Shown here: positions 10,091 to 19,479 of the stretch, in pieces | How the letters are laid out: each line of letters opens with the position of its first letter | Numbering within the stretch: position 1 is the stretch's first letter | DNA from: Candidatus Multivoradales bacterium | Lineage (GTDB): Bacteria; Acidobacteriota; Thermoanaerobaculia; Multivoradales; JAHEKO01 | Direction: 5' to 3' | Length of the DNA: 64,000 nt | Assembly: GCA_965223855.1 (NCBI GenBank) | Contig: CBDCXM010000008.1 | Coordinates: 352,001-416,000 of the forward strand | Notes under the pieces: model-generated | Seen by the model: only the letters and a program-made list of their open reading frames with translations | Database searches by the model: none | Told to the model about the DNA's origin: nothing | Position numbers and translations under genes: made by a program

Positions 10091-10959
10091 GCGACCGAGC
10101 CAGGGGAAAGGTGCTGCTCTCCGGTGAAAGCCGCGAGAAGGCGGGGCACTATGTCGAGGCGCTCAAGGTCGGTGGTCTCGATCCCGACAGGGTCCTGCCG
10201 CTGGCACCCGAGGATGGACCGTTCGACGCCGAAGAGCTCCGTTCGCTGGCAGCCGAGGCCGACGGGGTGCTCGTCTGTGGTGGCCCGGACGTCGCCCCCG
10301 AGCGCTATGGCGAAGAACGCCGCGCCGACGCCAACCTGAGGATCGTCGAATCGCTCGACGCCCTCGAGCTCGAGCTGCTGGCGGGAGCCGACGAGGGCGC
10401 CACCCCGGTTCTCGGCGTCTGCCGCGGCCAGCAGCTGCTCAACGTCTATCTGGGAGGCTCGCTCCATCAGGACCTGCCCAGCGAGCTCGAGGAACCGTTG
10501 ACGCATCGGCTGAGCGAGCCGCTCCATGCACTCGCCCATGAGGTGCGGGTGACGAACCACTCCACCGAGATCGGGCGGCTCTACGGATCCGATCCGATCC
10601 CGGTGAATTCCCGCCACCATCAGGCAGTCAAGCGGCTGGGCCGCGACCTCGTCGCGGTCGGGCACTCGGACGACGGCGTGCTCGAGATCGTGCAGGCCGA
10701 CGACGACCGGTGGTGGCGGTGGGCGGTGCAGTGGCACCCCGAGAACCTGATCTCGCACGAGGTGCATCGCCGCCTGTGGCGGGCGTTCGTCGGCCGCGTG
10801 ACGGTGGAACGGGTCGGCGGCGAGCGAGTCAGCGTCGAGCGGGTGTCGGTGCCCGGCGTCTCCGTGGATGTGGGCACGAGCGCACAACCCGGGACCGAGG
10901 AGCGTCCGGCGGAACGAGAATCCGCTGAGGCCGAGCGCGTGCCCGTGGCGTCGAGATGA
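10087..10959 (+). CDS. Peptidase C26 / PuuD-like class I glutamine amidotransferase
   Basis: GGPDVAP, VLGVCRGQQLLNV, NSRHHQAV, VQWHPE. Confidence 0.9.
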   Translation: MSDRARGKVLLSGESREKAGHYVEALKVGGLDPDRVLPLAPEDGPFDAEELRSLAAEADGVLVCGGPDVAPERYGEERRADANLRIVESLDALELELLAGADEGATPVLGVCRGQQLLNVYLGGSLHQDLPSELEEPLTHRLSEPLHALAHEVRVTNHSTEIGRLYGSDPIPVNSRHHQAVKRLGRDLVAVGHSDDGVLEIVQADDDRWWRWAVQWHPENLISHEVHRRLWRAFVGRVTVERVGGERVSVERVSVPGVSVDVGTSAQPGTEERPAERESAEAERVPVASR

Positions 10960-11723
10960 GTCCAGCGGTGCGGCACGAGGTGAGCGGGGGCGTCGCGCGT
11001 CTGACGATCGACCGCCCACCGCTCAACATCCTCGATCTCGACACCCTGGCGGCCCTCGACTCCGCGCTCGCCACGCTGAGCGACGACTCCTCTGCACGTC
11101 TGCTGGTGGTGTCCGGCGCGGGCGACCGTGCCTTTTCGGCCGGTGTCGCGGTCGAGGATCACACTCCGGACCGCATCGAGTCGATGCTCGATCTCTTCCA
11201 TCGCTGCCTTCGGCGGCTGACGGAGCTGCCGGTCCCCAGCGTGGCCGCCGTCCGCGGCCACTGCCTCGGAGGCGGTATGGAGCTGGCGGCGGCCTGCGAC
11301 CTGAGATTCGGCAGCGACGACTCCCGCTACGGCCAGCCGGAGATCGAGCTCGGCTGCTACCCGCCGTGGGCCGCCGCCCACTACCCCGCCCTGCTGGGGG
11401 TCGGCACCACCATCGACCTGCTGCTCACCGGGAGGATCGTCGACGGTGAGGAGGCGGCCCGAATGGGCTTCCTCCACCGACTCGTCGAAGCCGCTCGGCT
11501 GGAGGAAGAGGTCGAGAAGTTTGCCGCGGCGGTCACCCGCCAGAGTGCCGCGGTGGCCCGCCTCGCGATGCGGTCGATCCGTGCCCGGCGCGAAAGCGAG
11601 TTCGGAGCGGCGCTCGCCGAGAGCGAGCGTCTCTACGTCGACGAGCTCACCGGCACGCGCGACATGATCGAAGGCCTCGAAGCCTTCCTCCAGAAACGAA
11701 CCCCCGAGTGGCAGCACCGCTAA
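10956..11723 (+). CDS. Enoyl-CoA hydratase family protein (resembles dienoyl-CoA hydratase type)
   Basis: RPPLNIL, FSAGVAVEDH, CLGGGMEL, GQPEIELGCYPP. Confidence 0.88.
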   Translation: MSPAVRHEVSGGVARLTIDRPPLNILDLDTLAALDSALATLSDDSSARLLVVSGAGDRAFSAGVAVEDHTPDRIESMLDLFHRCLRRLTELPVPSVAAVRGHCLGGGMELAAACDLRFGSDDSRYGQPEIELGCYPPWAAAHYPALLGVGTTIDLLLTGRIVDGEEAARMGFLHRLVEAARLEEEVEKFAAAVTRQSAAVARLAMRSIRARRESEFGAALAESERLYVDELTGTRDMIEGLEAFLQKRTPEWQHR

Positions 11724-11743
11724 CCCTCTACAGGAGATCTCCG

Positions 11744-12520
11744 ATGTCCGATGTCCTCTTGCAAGAACGCGACGGCCGCGTCGCCATCCTCACCATCAAC
11801 CGCCCGGACAAGCTCAACGCGCTCAACCAGGAGGTGCGCGACGCGATGGTCGCGGTCCTGCCCCAGCTCGCCGAGGACGACTCGGTAGGGGTCGTCGTCA
11901 TCACCGGCGCCGGCGAGAAGTCGTTCGTCGCCGGAGCCGACATCGGCGAGTTCGAGGGGCGCAGCCCCTTCGACCAGCGTGAGGCGATGGCGAGCCCGCG
12001 GATCTTCGATGTGATGTCGGGCTTCCCCAAGCCGGTCATCGCGATGATCAACGGCTTCTGTCTCGGCGGCGGCTGCGAGCTGGCGATGTCGTGCGACCTG
12101 AGAACGGCGGCGGACAGCGCCCGCTTCGGCCAGCCGGAGATCAACCTCGGCCTCATCCCCGGCGGCGGCGGTACGCAGCGGATGCCGCGTCTGGTCGGTA
12201 CCGGCCAGGCGATGCGCCTCATCCTCTCCGGCGACATGATCCCGGCGGCCGAGGCGAAGGAGCTGGGCCTCGTGGAACAGGTGTTCGCCGCCGACGAGCT
12301 GCGGGAGAAGACTCTCGAGCTCGCGCAGCGGATCGCCTCGAAGAGCCCGCTCACCCTGCGGATCGCCAAGGAAGCGGTGCGCGCGGCGGAGAGGCTGTCG
12401 ATCGAGGACGGCATCACCTACGAGCGCGACCTCTTCTGCCTCGCCTTCTCGACCGAGGACAAGGCCGAGGGCGTCGCCGCCTTCCTCGCAAAGCGTCAGG
12501 CCGAGTGGAAAGGACGGTGA
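11744..12520 (+). CDS. Enoyl-CoA hydratase (crotonase)
   Basis: NRPDKLNAL, FVAGADI, GGGCELA, GQPEINLGLIPGGGGTQR; AGGAG SD. Confidence 0.93.
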   Translation: MSDVLLQERDGRVAILTINRPDKLNALNQEVRDAMVAVLPQLAEDDSVGVVVITGAGEKSFVAGADIGEFEGRSPFDQREAMASPRIFDVMSGFPKPVIAMINGFCLGGGCELAMSCDLRTAADSARFGQPEINLGLIPGGGGTQRMPRLVGTGQAMRLILSGDMIPAAEAKELGLVEQVFAADELREKTLELAQRIASKSPLTLRIAKEAVRAAERLSIEDGITYERDLFCLAFSTEDKAEGVAAFLAKRQAEWKGR

Positions 12521-12990
12521 ACTCGCTCGGCGAGCGACTGGCGCGGCGGCTGGCGGCGTCGGAGACCTACTTCCGGCGCTCCACCTCCTGCCTGCAGGAG
12601 GAGCACTCCGGATTCCGACCGACGGAGTCCGGCTACACCGTCGCCGCTCACGTCGCGCACGTCGCGTTGACCGTCGACTGGTTCCTCGAAGGTGCCTTCG
12701 GCGACGGGTTCGACTTCGATGTCGAGAGCCACGACGCACAGGCGCGCGCCGTCACCTCGCTCGCCGAGGCACGGCTTCAGCTCGAAGCGGCTTTCCAGCG
12801 CGCGACCGTCAGGCTCACGACAGCCGCCGACGACGAGCTGCAGGCCGCGCTCCCCGACGGTCCGGTCATGGGAGGCGAACCGATCGCCGCGATCGTCGGC
12901 GGCATCGAGGAGCACACGGCGCACCACCGCGGTGCGCTCGCCGTCTACTCGCGGCTCCTCGGCCTCGAGCCGCCGATGCCGTACATGTAG
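12517..12990 (+). CDS. DinB family protein
   Basis: HVAH...EHTAHHRGAL-x-VY-x-R...PP pattern; GTGA overlap. Confidence 0.85.
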   Translation: MNSLGERLARRLAASETYFRRSTSCLQEEHSGFRPTESGYTVAAHVAHVALTVDWFLEGAFGDGFDFDVESHDAQARAVTSLAEARLQLEAAFQRATVRLTTAADDELQAALPDGPVMGGEPIAAIVGGIEEHTAHHRGALAVYSRLLGLEPPMPYM

Positions 12991-12997
12991 AGGCGGC

Positions 12998-13642
12998 TCA
13001 GCCCCCGGTCGCGCTGCACTCGATGCGGGCGAGACCCTCGAGCCAGGTTTCGCCGCCGTCCCACGAGCGGTCCTTGCGCCAGAGAAAACTCTCGCCGGTG
13101 ATGTCGTGGAAGGTGTTGCGATCGATGAACTCGCCGCGCGGATCGCTCCCCTCGCCGCCGAGCATGACCATCGTCTCCCCCTCCCGACGGGCGCTGAAGT
13201 ACTTCCACTGCCGGGCGATGGGGGCGAGCCATCGGTTGTCCCACTCTCCGCGCTCGCTGTCGAACGAGCGCAGGTTGACGCCCCGGAACTCGCGACCGTC
13301 GGGGAGGGTCGAGATCCACTCGTCGGCGATCGCCCAGCCGCCCAGCACCCAACGTCCGTGCCATTCCGCAGCTCGCTCTTCGGTCAGCGAGCCGTCCGGC
13401 TGCATCTGGCGCGTCAGACAGTGCCAGTCTCCCACCAGGAAAGCGAACTGCTCGATCTCGTCGGGAGCGTCCGGATGCCGACCTTCCGCCTGCGAGAGGG
13501 CCACCACCGGCCCGTTGAGGAGCGCGGCCGCCAACGCGAGGGGGGCGACGATTCGAAAAGCGGTCCGCCCGTCGGCACGGCGAGCCGCTTCGGATGGCGC
13601 TGAGGCGGAGAGGGACGGTACGGACGGAGGCGGTGTCGGCAT
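12998..13642 (-). CDS. Secreted beta-barrel hypothetical protein (DUF1579-like)
   Basis: Signal-like segment, QFAFLVGDW, SWDGGETW motif. Confidence 0.7.
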   Translation of the reverse strand: MPTPPPSVPSLSASAPSEAARRADGRTAFRIVAPLALAAALLNGPVVALSQAEGRHPDAPDEIEQFAFLVGDWHCLTRQMQPDGSLTEERAAEWHGRWVLGGWAIADEWISTLPDGREFRGVNLRSFDSERGEWDNRWLAPIARQWKYFSARREGETMVMLGGEGSDPRGEFIDRNTFHDITGESFLWRKDRSWDGGETWLEGLARIECSATGG

Positions 13643-13657
13643 CAGGGCGAGTTCTCC

Positions 13658-14683
13658 TCAGGTGGTGTTCTCTACCTTCAACGTATCGCCGCCGCCATTG
13701 TTCCTGCCTCCCATCAGGGGCATGGCGCAGAGAACCAGCGCCCCCGCCACGAGGAGCGTCGGTACCAGCTGGAGATCCGGCCGCCCACCGGCGCCGAGGG
13801 CGGCAACCCAGCGGACCAGGTAGCAGCCTGTCGGGAGCAGTCCGAGGGCGACGATCGGGCGACGCACCGTCCAGCCACTGACGAGGAGCGGCAGAGGCAG
13901 CAGCACCGTCGAGGGCACCGGCGCCACCGCCCAGGCGAGTGCCGCGGCCCAGCGGACTCCCCTGCGGTCCGCGGCAGCCGAGCCGCGTCGGGCGCGCCAG
14001 CGGAACAACACGAACTGACCCAGCCAGCAGGCGAGCCCGATCCAGTAGAGGCTCCTGCGGGTGAGCACCCGCCCGTCCACCACCAGGTAGGCGCTGTCCC
14101 AGACCGGCGCCCCGGCCAGCGCGTCGAGGCGCCGGACGGCGGCGGCGAGCCAGGAGGCGACCGCCTCGTCATCGAGCGTCACCGGGGTCTGCGCAACCAC
14201 CAGCGGCCCGCCCCAAGCCGGTTCCTGCGGGCCTCGACGCGATCCGAGAGGTCGGAGGGAGCGCTCGACGAGCTGCCCGATCCAGGAGCTCCGGGTGTCG
14301 GCGACCTCGACCCGCACCGGCGTCACCTCGCCGGCCTTGAGCAGTGCGTGGATCCACCAGCCGGGAGTCCGCTCCAGGCCGGTCGTCGCCGAGCGCAGGA
14401 CGATCGGAGCTCGATCCAAGGCTTCCCGATCTCCAGCAGCACGGTGCCGCAGCTCGACGGCAGCAAAGGACGGACCGGGCGTCCGACCCTCTTCGCCGGG
14501 GACCTCTGCTCCTTCGCCCGGAACCGACCCGACGACGGTGACCGCGATTCCGAGCGGCGTGCGGGCAAGGTCGGCGGCAAGGGCGGTAGCCACCGCCTCA
14601 CCCCGCTCCAGGCGCGACAGGTCGATCGACACCGTCCGCCGCGCCTCGACCGCCGCCGAGGCACCGGCGGCGATCAGGGACAT
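13658..14683 (-). CDS. Hypothetical membrane protein (start uncertain, possibly TTG at 14728)
   Basis: Signal-like N-terminus and several C-terminal TM segments; co-oriented downstream of the sigma54 activator. Confidence 0.55.
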   Translation of the reverse strand: MSLIAAGASAAVEARRTVSIDLSRLERGEAVATALAADLARTPLGIAVTVVGSVPGEGAEVPGEEGRTPGPSFAAVELRHRAAGDREALDRAPIVLRSATTGLERTPGWWIHALLKAGEVTPVRVEVADTRSSWIGQLVERSLRPLGSRRGPQEPAWGGPLVVAQTPVTLDDEAVASWLAAAVRRLDALAGAPVWDSAYLVVDGRVLTRRSLYWIGLACWLGQFVLFRWRARRGSAAADRRGVRWAAALAWAVAPVPSTVLLPLPLLVSGWTVRRPIVALGLLPTGCYLVRWVAALGAGGRPDLQLVPTLLVAGALVLCAMPLMGGRNNGGGDTLKVENTT

Positions 14684-14738
14684 CACCAGCCCGGCACGCA
14701 GAGTCCTCAGGGCTGGTCCCCCTTCCAAACGGGTCCCC

Positions 14739-15653
14739 TCACGGAATGTCGTAGCGCTTGCGCTTGTCCCACAGCGTCTTCCGGCTGATGCCGAGGATGC
14801 GCGCCGCCTCGCCCTGATGGCCGCGGGTGAAGCGCAGGACGGCGAGGATCTGGCGGCGCTCGACCTCGGCGAGCGAGGCCGGCCGTTCGGAGGCGTCGAA
14901 CGGCGGCTCGGGATCGAGCACCGTCGCGCGCGGCCTCGCCACCAGTTCGCGCTCGAGGACGTTGCGCAGCTGGCGCAGGTTGCCGGGCCACGAGTACTGC
15001 GCCATCCAACGCAGCGCACGGTCGCTCAGCCGCAGTCGCGGCCTGCCGGAGCGCCGGGCGAGGTCGTCGAGGAAGTACTCGAAGAGGCTCGGCAGATCGG
15101 TGGCACTGTCCGCCAGCGCGGGAACCACGAAGGTCACGACGTCGAGCCGGTAGTAGAGGTCGGCCCGAAAGAGCCCCTGCGCCACTCGATCGGCCAGGTC
15201 GGCAGCGCCGATCGCGACGAAGCGCACATCGGCCCGGCGCTCGCGGCCACCGACCGGGTCGTACTGACGCTCCGCGAGCAACCTCAGCAGCTTCGGCTGG
15301 CTGGCGAGCGGAAGCTCCTCGACGTGATCGAGAAGCAGCGTGCCGCCGTTCGCCCGGGCGACACGCCCGGCCGCCGAGCGGGTCGCACCGGTGAAGGCGC
15401 CCTTGCGAAAGCCGAAGAACTCGCTCTCGAAGAGCGTCGAAGGGAGCGCCGCCACATCGACCTCGACCAGCGGGCCGTCGGCGCGACGCGAGATGGCGTG
15501 GATCGCCCGGCCGAGACTGCTGCGACCGGTCCCCGGCTCGCCGAGGAGCAGGACCGGAGCTTCCGACTCGGCGGCACGCTCGATCTGTCGCAGGAGCGGC
15601 TCGAGACTCGGTCGTGCCGTGGCGAACGCTTCGAGCGCCGCGGCGCCGCTCAC
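14739..15653 (-). CDS. Sigma54-interacting AAA+ regulator with Fis HTH and no N-terminal sensor domain
   Basis: GEPGTGRS, GAFTGA, LLDHVEE, FRADLYYRL, WPGNLRQL, AARILGISRKTLW; GTG start overlaps the rsfS stop. Confidence 0.9.
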   Translation of the reverse strand: MSGAAALEAFATARPSLEPLLRQIERAAESEAPVLLLGEPGTGRSSLGRAIHAISRRADGPLVEVDVAALPSTLFESEFFGFRKGAFTGATRSAAGRVARANGGTLLLDHVEELPLASQPKLLRLLAERQYDPVGGRERRADVRFVAIGAADLADRVAQGLFRADLYYRLDVVTFVVPALADSATDLPSLFEYFLDDLARRSGRPRLRLSDRALRWMAQYSWPGNLRQLRNVLERELVARPRATVLDPEPPFDASERPASLAEVERRQILAVLRFTRGHQGEAARILGISRKTLWDKRKRYDIP

Positions 15654-16021
15654 CTCAGCTCTTGTGTCACGTCGGGGGCGTCGCCCCAGAGCCGCTCCAG
15701 CCCGTAGTAGGCGCGGGTCTCGGGATCGAAGACGTGAACGACGATGTCGCCGTAGTCGAGCAACACCCATCGCCCCTGACGACCGCCCTCGACGTGCAGC
15801 GGTCGCGCGCCGGCGTCGCGAAGCCGTCGCTGGATCCCCTCGGCGATCGCCTGCACCTGACGGTCGCTCCTGCCGGAGCAGACGACGAAGAAGTCGGTGA
15901 AGTCGCTGATGTCACCGAGGGCGAGCACCCGCAGGTCGAGCGCCTTGCGATCTTCGGCGGCGGCGACGACGTCCCGGAGTTCCGAGGGCAGGTCTGCGGT
16001 CTGGGGAGCCGTCGCACTCAT
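15650..16021 (-). CDS. rsfS: Ribosome silencing factor
   Basis: DRKALD, FTDFFVVCSG, WVLLDYGDIVVHVF, YYGLERLW. Confidence 0.95.
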   Translation of the reverse strand: MSATAPQTADLPSELRDVVAAAEDRKALDLRVLALGDISDFTDFFVVCSGRSDRQVQAIAEGIQRRLRDAGARPLHVEGGRQGRWVLLDYGDIVVHVFDPETRAYYGLERLWGDAPDVTQELR

Positions 16022-16653
16022 GAATAGAGGCCGTACTTCGTCACGTACTGTAGCACCCGGGGGTCGAGCTCGCCGACCGGCGGTGCCCCGGAAGCGAAAG
16101 CCGCCCGGATTCGTGTCGCCGAGATCGACAGCGGCGTGTTGTCCACCCACCGGACCCTCTCGAGCAACCGGCGCAATGCCGGGCCCGCCGCGTCCTCCAC
16201 CCGCCGTGCTTCCCAGTCGGGACGGCGAAGCACCACGACGGTCGCAAGCTCGAAGATCTCCTCCCACCGTCGCCAGGTGTCGAGGGCGGCCAGCGAGTCG
16301 GACCCGACCAGAAGGTGAAGGTCGGCATCCGGCCGAGTCTCGCGCAGCCTCTCCAGGGTCTCGATCGTGTACACCGGACCTTCCCTCATCTCGAGGTCCG
16401 AGGCGGCGAGAGCTGGATGATCGAGCAGCGCAAGCTCGACCATCGCAAAACGCCGGACGGCCGGAGCGAAACGCCTCCCGGGCTTGTGAGGTGGGCTCGC
16501 CGTCGGCAGGTAGAGGACCTGGTCGAGGTCGAGCTGCTCGGCCGCACACAGCACCGGTTCCACGTGGCCGCGATGAATCGGATCGAAGCTGCCGCCGTAG
16601 ACACCGACCCTCGCAGCGGCAACCGACGGGGCGGACGGGTCGGACTCGCTCAC
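16018..16653 (-). CDS. nadD: Nicotinate-nucleotide adenylyltransferase
   Basis: GGSFDPIHRGH, PPHK, YTIETL, GSDS, ISATRIR. Confidence 0.95.
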   Translation of the reverse strand: MSESDPSAPSVAAARVGVYGGSFDPIHRGHVEPVLCAAEQLDLDQVLYLPTASPPHKPGRRFAPAVRRFAMVELALLDHPALAASDLEMREGPVYTIETLERLRETRPDADLHLLVGSDSLAALDTWRRWEEIFELATVVVLRRPDWEARRVEDAAGPALRRLLERVRWVDNTPLSISATRIRAAFASGAPPVGELDPRVLQYVTKYGLYS

Positions 16654-17651
16654 GCCTGCTCCTTCCCCAGCAGCTTCCTGACCTCGTGGAGGAGCTGCTG
16701 CACCCCTTCACCGGTCACGGCGCTGATCTCGTGGTGCCCGAGCCCGCGGGCCTCCGCGGCGCGCGCGACCGCCTCCCGCCGCTCGTCGAGCGCCGCGTCG
16801 AGCTTGGTCCCCACCAGAAACCTCGGTCGCTCGAGCAACGTCGCATCGAACGCTCCCAGCTCGCTCTCGATCGCCTCGATCTCCGCGAGCGCGCTCCCCT
16901 CGGCGGCGAGATCGACGAGATGCAGGAGCACCCTGCAGCGCTGAACGTGCCGGAGAAACTGATGGCCCAGGCCCGCGCCGTCGGCGGCGCCGGCGATCAG
17001 TCCCGGCAGATCGGCGACGACGAAGGGATCGGCGTACACACCACCCGCGACCACTCCGAGCTGCGGCACCAACGTGGTGAAGGGGTAGTCCGCCACCTTC
17101 GGCCTCGCGGCCGAGACCGCGCTGATGAAGGTCGACTTCCCGGCGTTGGGAAGCCCGACCGTCCCGACATCGGCCAGCAGCTTCAACTCGAGGCGCAGCG
17201 ACCGCACCTCTCCGGCCTCGCCGGGATCGGCCCGCCGCGGCGCCTGATTGGTCGACGACACGAAGCGCGCGTTGCCACGCCCGCCGCGTCCGCCCTGCGC
17301 CACCAGAAGGCGCTCGCCTGCTGCGACGAGCTCGCCGACGGTCTCGCCGCCCGGCTCCTCGTACACAACGGTGCCCAGTGGTACCCGAACGACCAGATCG
17401 GCACCGCTGCGCCCGGTGCGATTCGACCCTTCGCCGTGGCGCCCGCGTTCGGCGCGATGGTGGGGATTGAACCGCTGCTGTTGAAGGGTGTTGAGTTGGC
17501 CGTCCCCTTCGAGCACGACCGAACCGCCGGCACCGCCGTCTCCTCCGGCCGGGCCGCCTCGGGGCACGAACTTCTCGCGGCGGAAGGCGACACAACCGTC
17601 GCCGCCCTTGCCCGCCTCGACGTGGATCACCGCCTCATCGACGAAGTTCAC
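16650..17651 (-). CDS. obgE: GTPase ObgE
   Basis: FRREKFVPRGGPAGGDGG, GLPNAGKST, ADYPFTT, DLPGL. Confidence 0.97.
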   Translation of the reverse strand: MNFVDEAVIHVEAGKGGDGCVAFRREKFVPRGGPAGGDGGAGGSVVLEGDGQLNTLQQQRFNPHHRAERGRHGEGSNRTGRSGADLVVRVPLGTVVYEEPGGETVGELVAAGERLLVAQGGRGGRGNARFVSSTNQAPRRADPGEAGEVRSLRLELKLLADVGTVGLPNAGKSTFISAVSAARPKVADYPFTTLVPQLGVVAGGVYADPFVVADLPGLIAGAADGAGLGHQFLRHVQRCRVLLHLVDLAAEGSALAEIEAIESELGAFDATLLERPRFLVGTKLDAALDERREAVARAAEARGLGHHEISAVTGEGVQQLLHEVRKLLGKEQA

Positions 17652-17732
17652 GTCGAGAAGCCTCGAAGGAGCCCGGAATCGCCGTCGTTTCCGGCCCGGC
17701 CCGGGTGATCGGGCGGGAACGGGTGCCGGCCG

Positions 17733-17990
17733 TCAGTCGGCGGCGAGGACGTTGACGTAGGTGCCCATCCGCCCACGGTCGCGGAACTCGACCACCCCGT
17801 CCGCGGTTGCGAAGAGGGTGTCGTCCTTCGCCCTGCGCACATTGGCGCCGGGAAAGAACTTGGTGCCGCGCTGCCGCACGATAATCGTTCCGCCGGTGAC
17901 CTTCTGGCCGCCGAAGCGCTTGACGCCGAGATGCTGCGGATTGGAGTCCCTGCCGTTGCGACTCGAACCCTGTCCCTTCTTATGAGCCAT
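17733..17990 (-). CDS. rpmA: 50S ribosomal protein L27
   Basis: [16 protein letters not shown]. Confidence 0.98.
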   Translation of the reverse strand: MAHKKGQGSSRNGRDSNPQHLGVKRFGGQKVTGGTIIVRQRGTKFFPGANVRRAKDDTLFATADGVVEFRDRGRMGTYVNVLAAD

Positions 17991-18008
17991 CTGCTGAGTC
18001 TCCGCTCG

Positions 18009-18326
18009 TTACGCCTGGATGGAGTCGATGCGCACGCGCATCAGATCCTGCCGGTGTCCATTCAGCCGCTTGTAGCCCTTGCGGCGCTTCTTCTTGAAGA
18101 CCCTGACCTTCGAGCCACGGACCTCTCCCACCAGCTCGGCGGTGACCGAGGCACCATCGACCGTCGGCGTTCCGACGCGCGAGTCCGCGCCCGAACCGAC
18201 CATGAGAACGCGGTCGAAAGTCACCGTGTCGTCGTTCTTGCCCGAAGTCTCGGTAAGCTCGACGTCGAGGACGTCACCTTGCTCCACGCGGTATTGCTTA
18301 CCGCCAGTCTCGATCACTGCATACAT
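18009..18326 (-). CDS. rplU: 50S ribosomal protein L21
   Basis: MYAVIETGGKQYRV...KKKRRKGY...GHRQ. Confidence 0.98.
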   Translation of the reverse strand: MYAVIETGGKQYRVEQGDVLDVELTETSGKNDDTVTFDRVLMVGSGADSRVGTPTVDGASVTAELVGEVRGSKVRVFKKKRRKGYKRLNGHRQDLMRVRIDSIQA

Positions 18327-18439
18327 GGGTGTGAACCTTTCCTGAGCGCCGGACGGCGCAAGAACGCGGAAGTTAGCAAAACGGCCTCTCCCGGTCAACG
18401 CCGCCCCCTGGGGGCACACTCCGAACCACTTTCCGAACC

Positions 18440-19264
18440 ATGTTGAAGCTCTTCAGCCGCTGGACCCGCCTGCGACTGCGCCTTCGAGGGGTGGAGGTCG
18501 AGAACCGGGAGTTCGCCGGTTTCGACGTCCGCTACTACAGCTCGGAGGGAAACCCCCATGAGCCCTGGCTGCTTCTCCACGGTCTCGGCTCCACTGCGCT
18601 GACCTGGCATACGACTCTCGCTACCCTCGCCGGCTGCCGGGTGTGGGTGCCCGAACTGTCGGAACTCGGCGGCACGCGAGGCCCCGACCCCGCCCTCAAC
18701 GTCCGCCAGGGAGCCGACGCGATGGCCCGGTTGCTCGAGACGCTCTCGCCGGGGCAACCGGCCACCGTGTGCGGCATCAGTCTCGGCGGCTGGATGGCTG
18801 TCCGTCTCGCCCTTGCACGGCCCGACCTCGTGTCGAGAGTGGTCCTGATCAACTGCGCCGGCTTCCTCGACCAGGACTGGGAAGCCATCGAGCGGCTGAT
18901 CAGGGTGCGCGACCGCGACGACGTCTCCCGCCTCTACGGGGCGCTCTTCGTCCGCACCCCATGGATCCTTCGGCTGTCGCGAGGGACGTTCCTCGAGGCG
19001 TTCACCTCGAACGCCGTCGAGCACATTCTCTCGACCCTCTCAGAGAACGACGCCTTCGACGAACGGGAACTGGCCGGCCTCGGTCAGCCGACGCAGCTGA
19101 TCTGGGGGCGCTGGGACGGGCTCTTTCCACTCGAGACCGGCGAGCGCATGGCGGCTGCGATTCCGGACAGCCGACTCGCCGTGCTCGACGCCGCCCATGG
19201 CGTGCACTGGGAGTTTCCGCGTAGGATGAACGCCGTCATCGAAGACTTCCGTCACTCCACCTGA
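18440..19264 (+). CDS. Alpha/beta hydrolase
   Basis: LLHGLG, GISLGG nucleophile elbow, IWGRWD, AHGVH. Confidence 0.88.
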   Translation: MLKLFSRWTRLRLRLRGVEVENREFAGFDVRYYSSEGNPHEPWLLLHGLGSTALTWHTTLATLAGCRVWVPELSELGGTRGPDPALNVRQGADAMARLLETLSPGQPATVCGISLGGWMAVRLALARPDLVSRVVLINCAGFLDQDWEAIERLIRVRDRDDVSRLYGALFVRTPWILRLSRGTFLEAFTSNAVEHILSTLSENDAFDERELAGLGQPTQLIWGRWDGLFPLETGERMAAAIPDSRLAVLDAAHGVHWEFPRRMNAVIEDFRHST

Positions 19265-19275
19265 GGCACCGGCCG

Positions 19276-19479
19276 TTGGCCAAGCTCAACCTCGTCTCAC
19301 CCGACTACCTGATCTGTTGCGACTGCGAGTCGCCGATCTACACCTTCGAGTGGAAGGACGGCGCCCCGAAGGACGTCCTCTGCGAGGTGTGCGGCAACGA
19401 GGAGGACGAGATGTTCCTGACCGAGGAGCAGTTCGAGGCGTACGCCCACAGCGACAAATGGCACTACAGCGGCCGCTGA
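19276..19479 (+). CDS. Small zinc-ribbon protein
   Basis: CCDC...CEVC; 67 aa; host-like codon usage. Confidence 0.7.
   Translation: MAKLNLVSPDYLICCDCESPIYTFEWKDGAPKDVLCEVCGNEEDEMFLTEEQFEAYAHSDKWHYSGR

Noticed and set aside
10798-10870. VERV/SV pentapeptide repeats in the C26 hydrolase tail
   Set aside because: Short low-complexity extension with no evidence of function.
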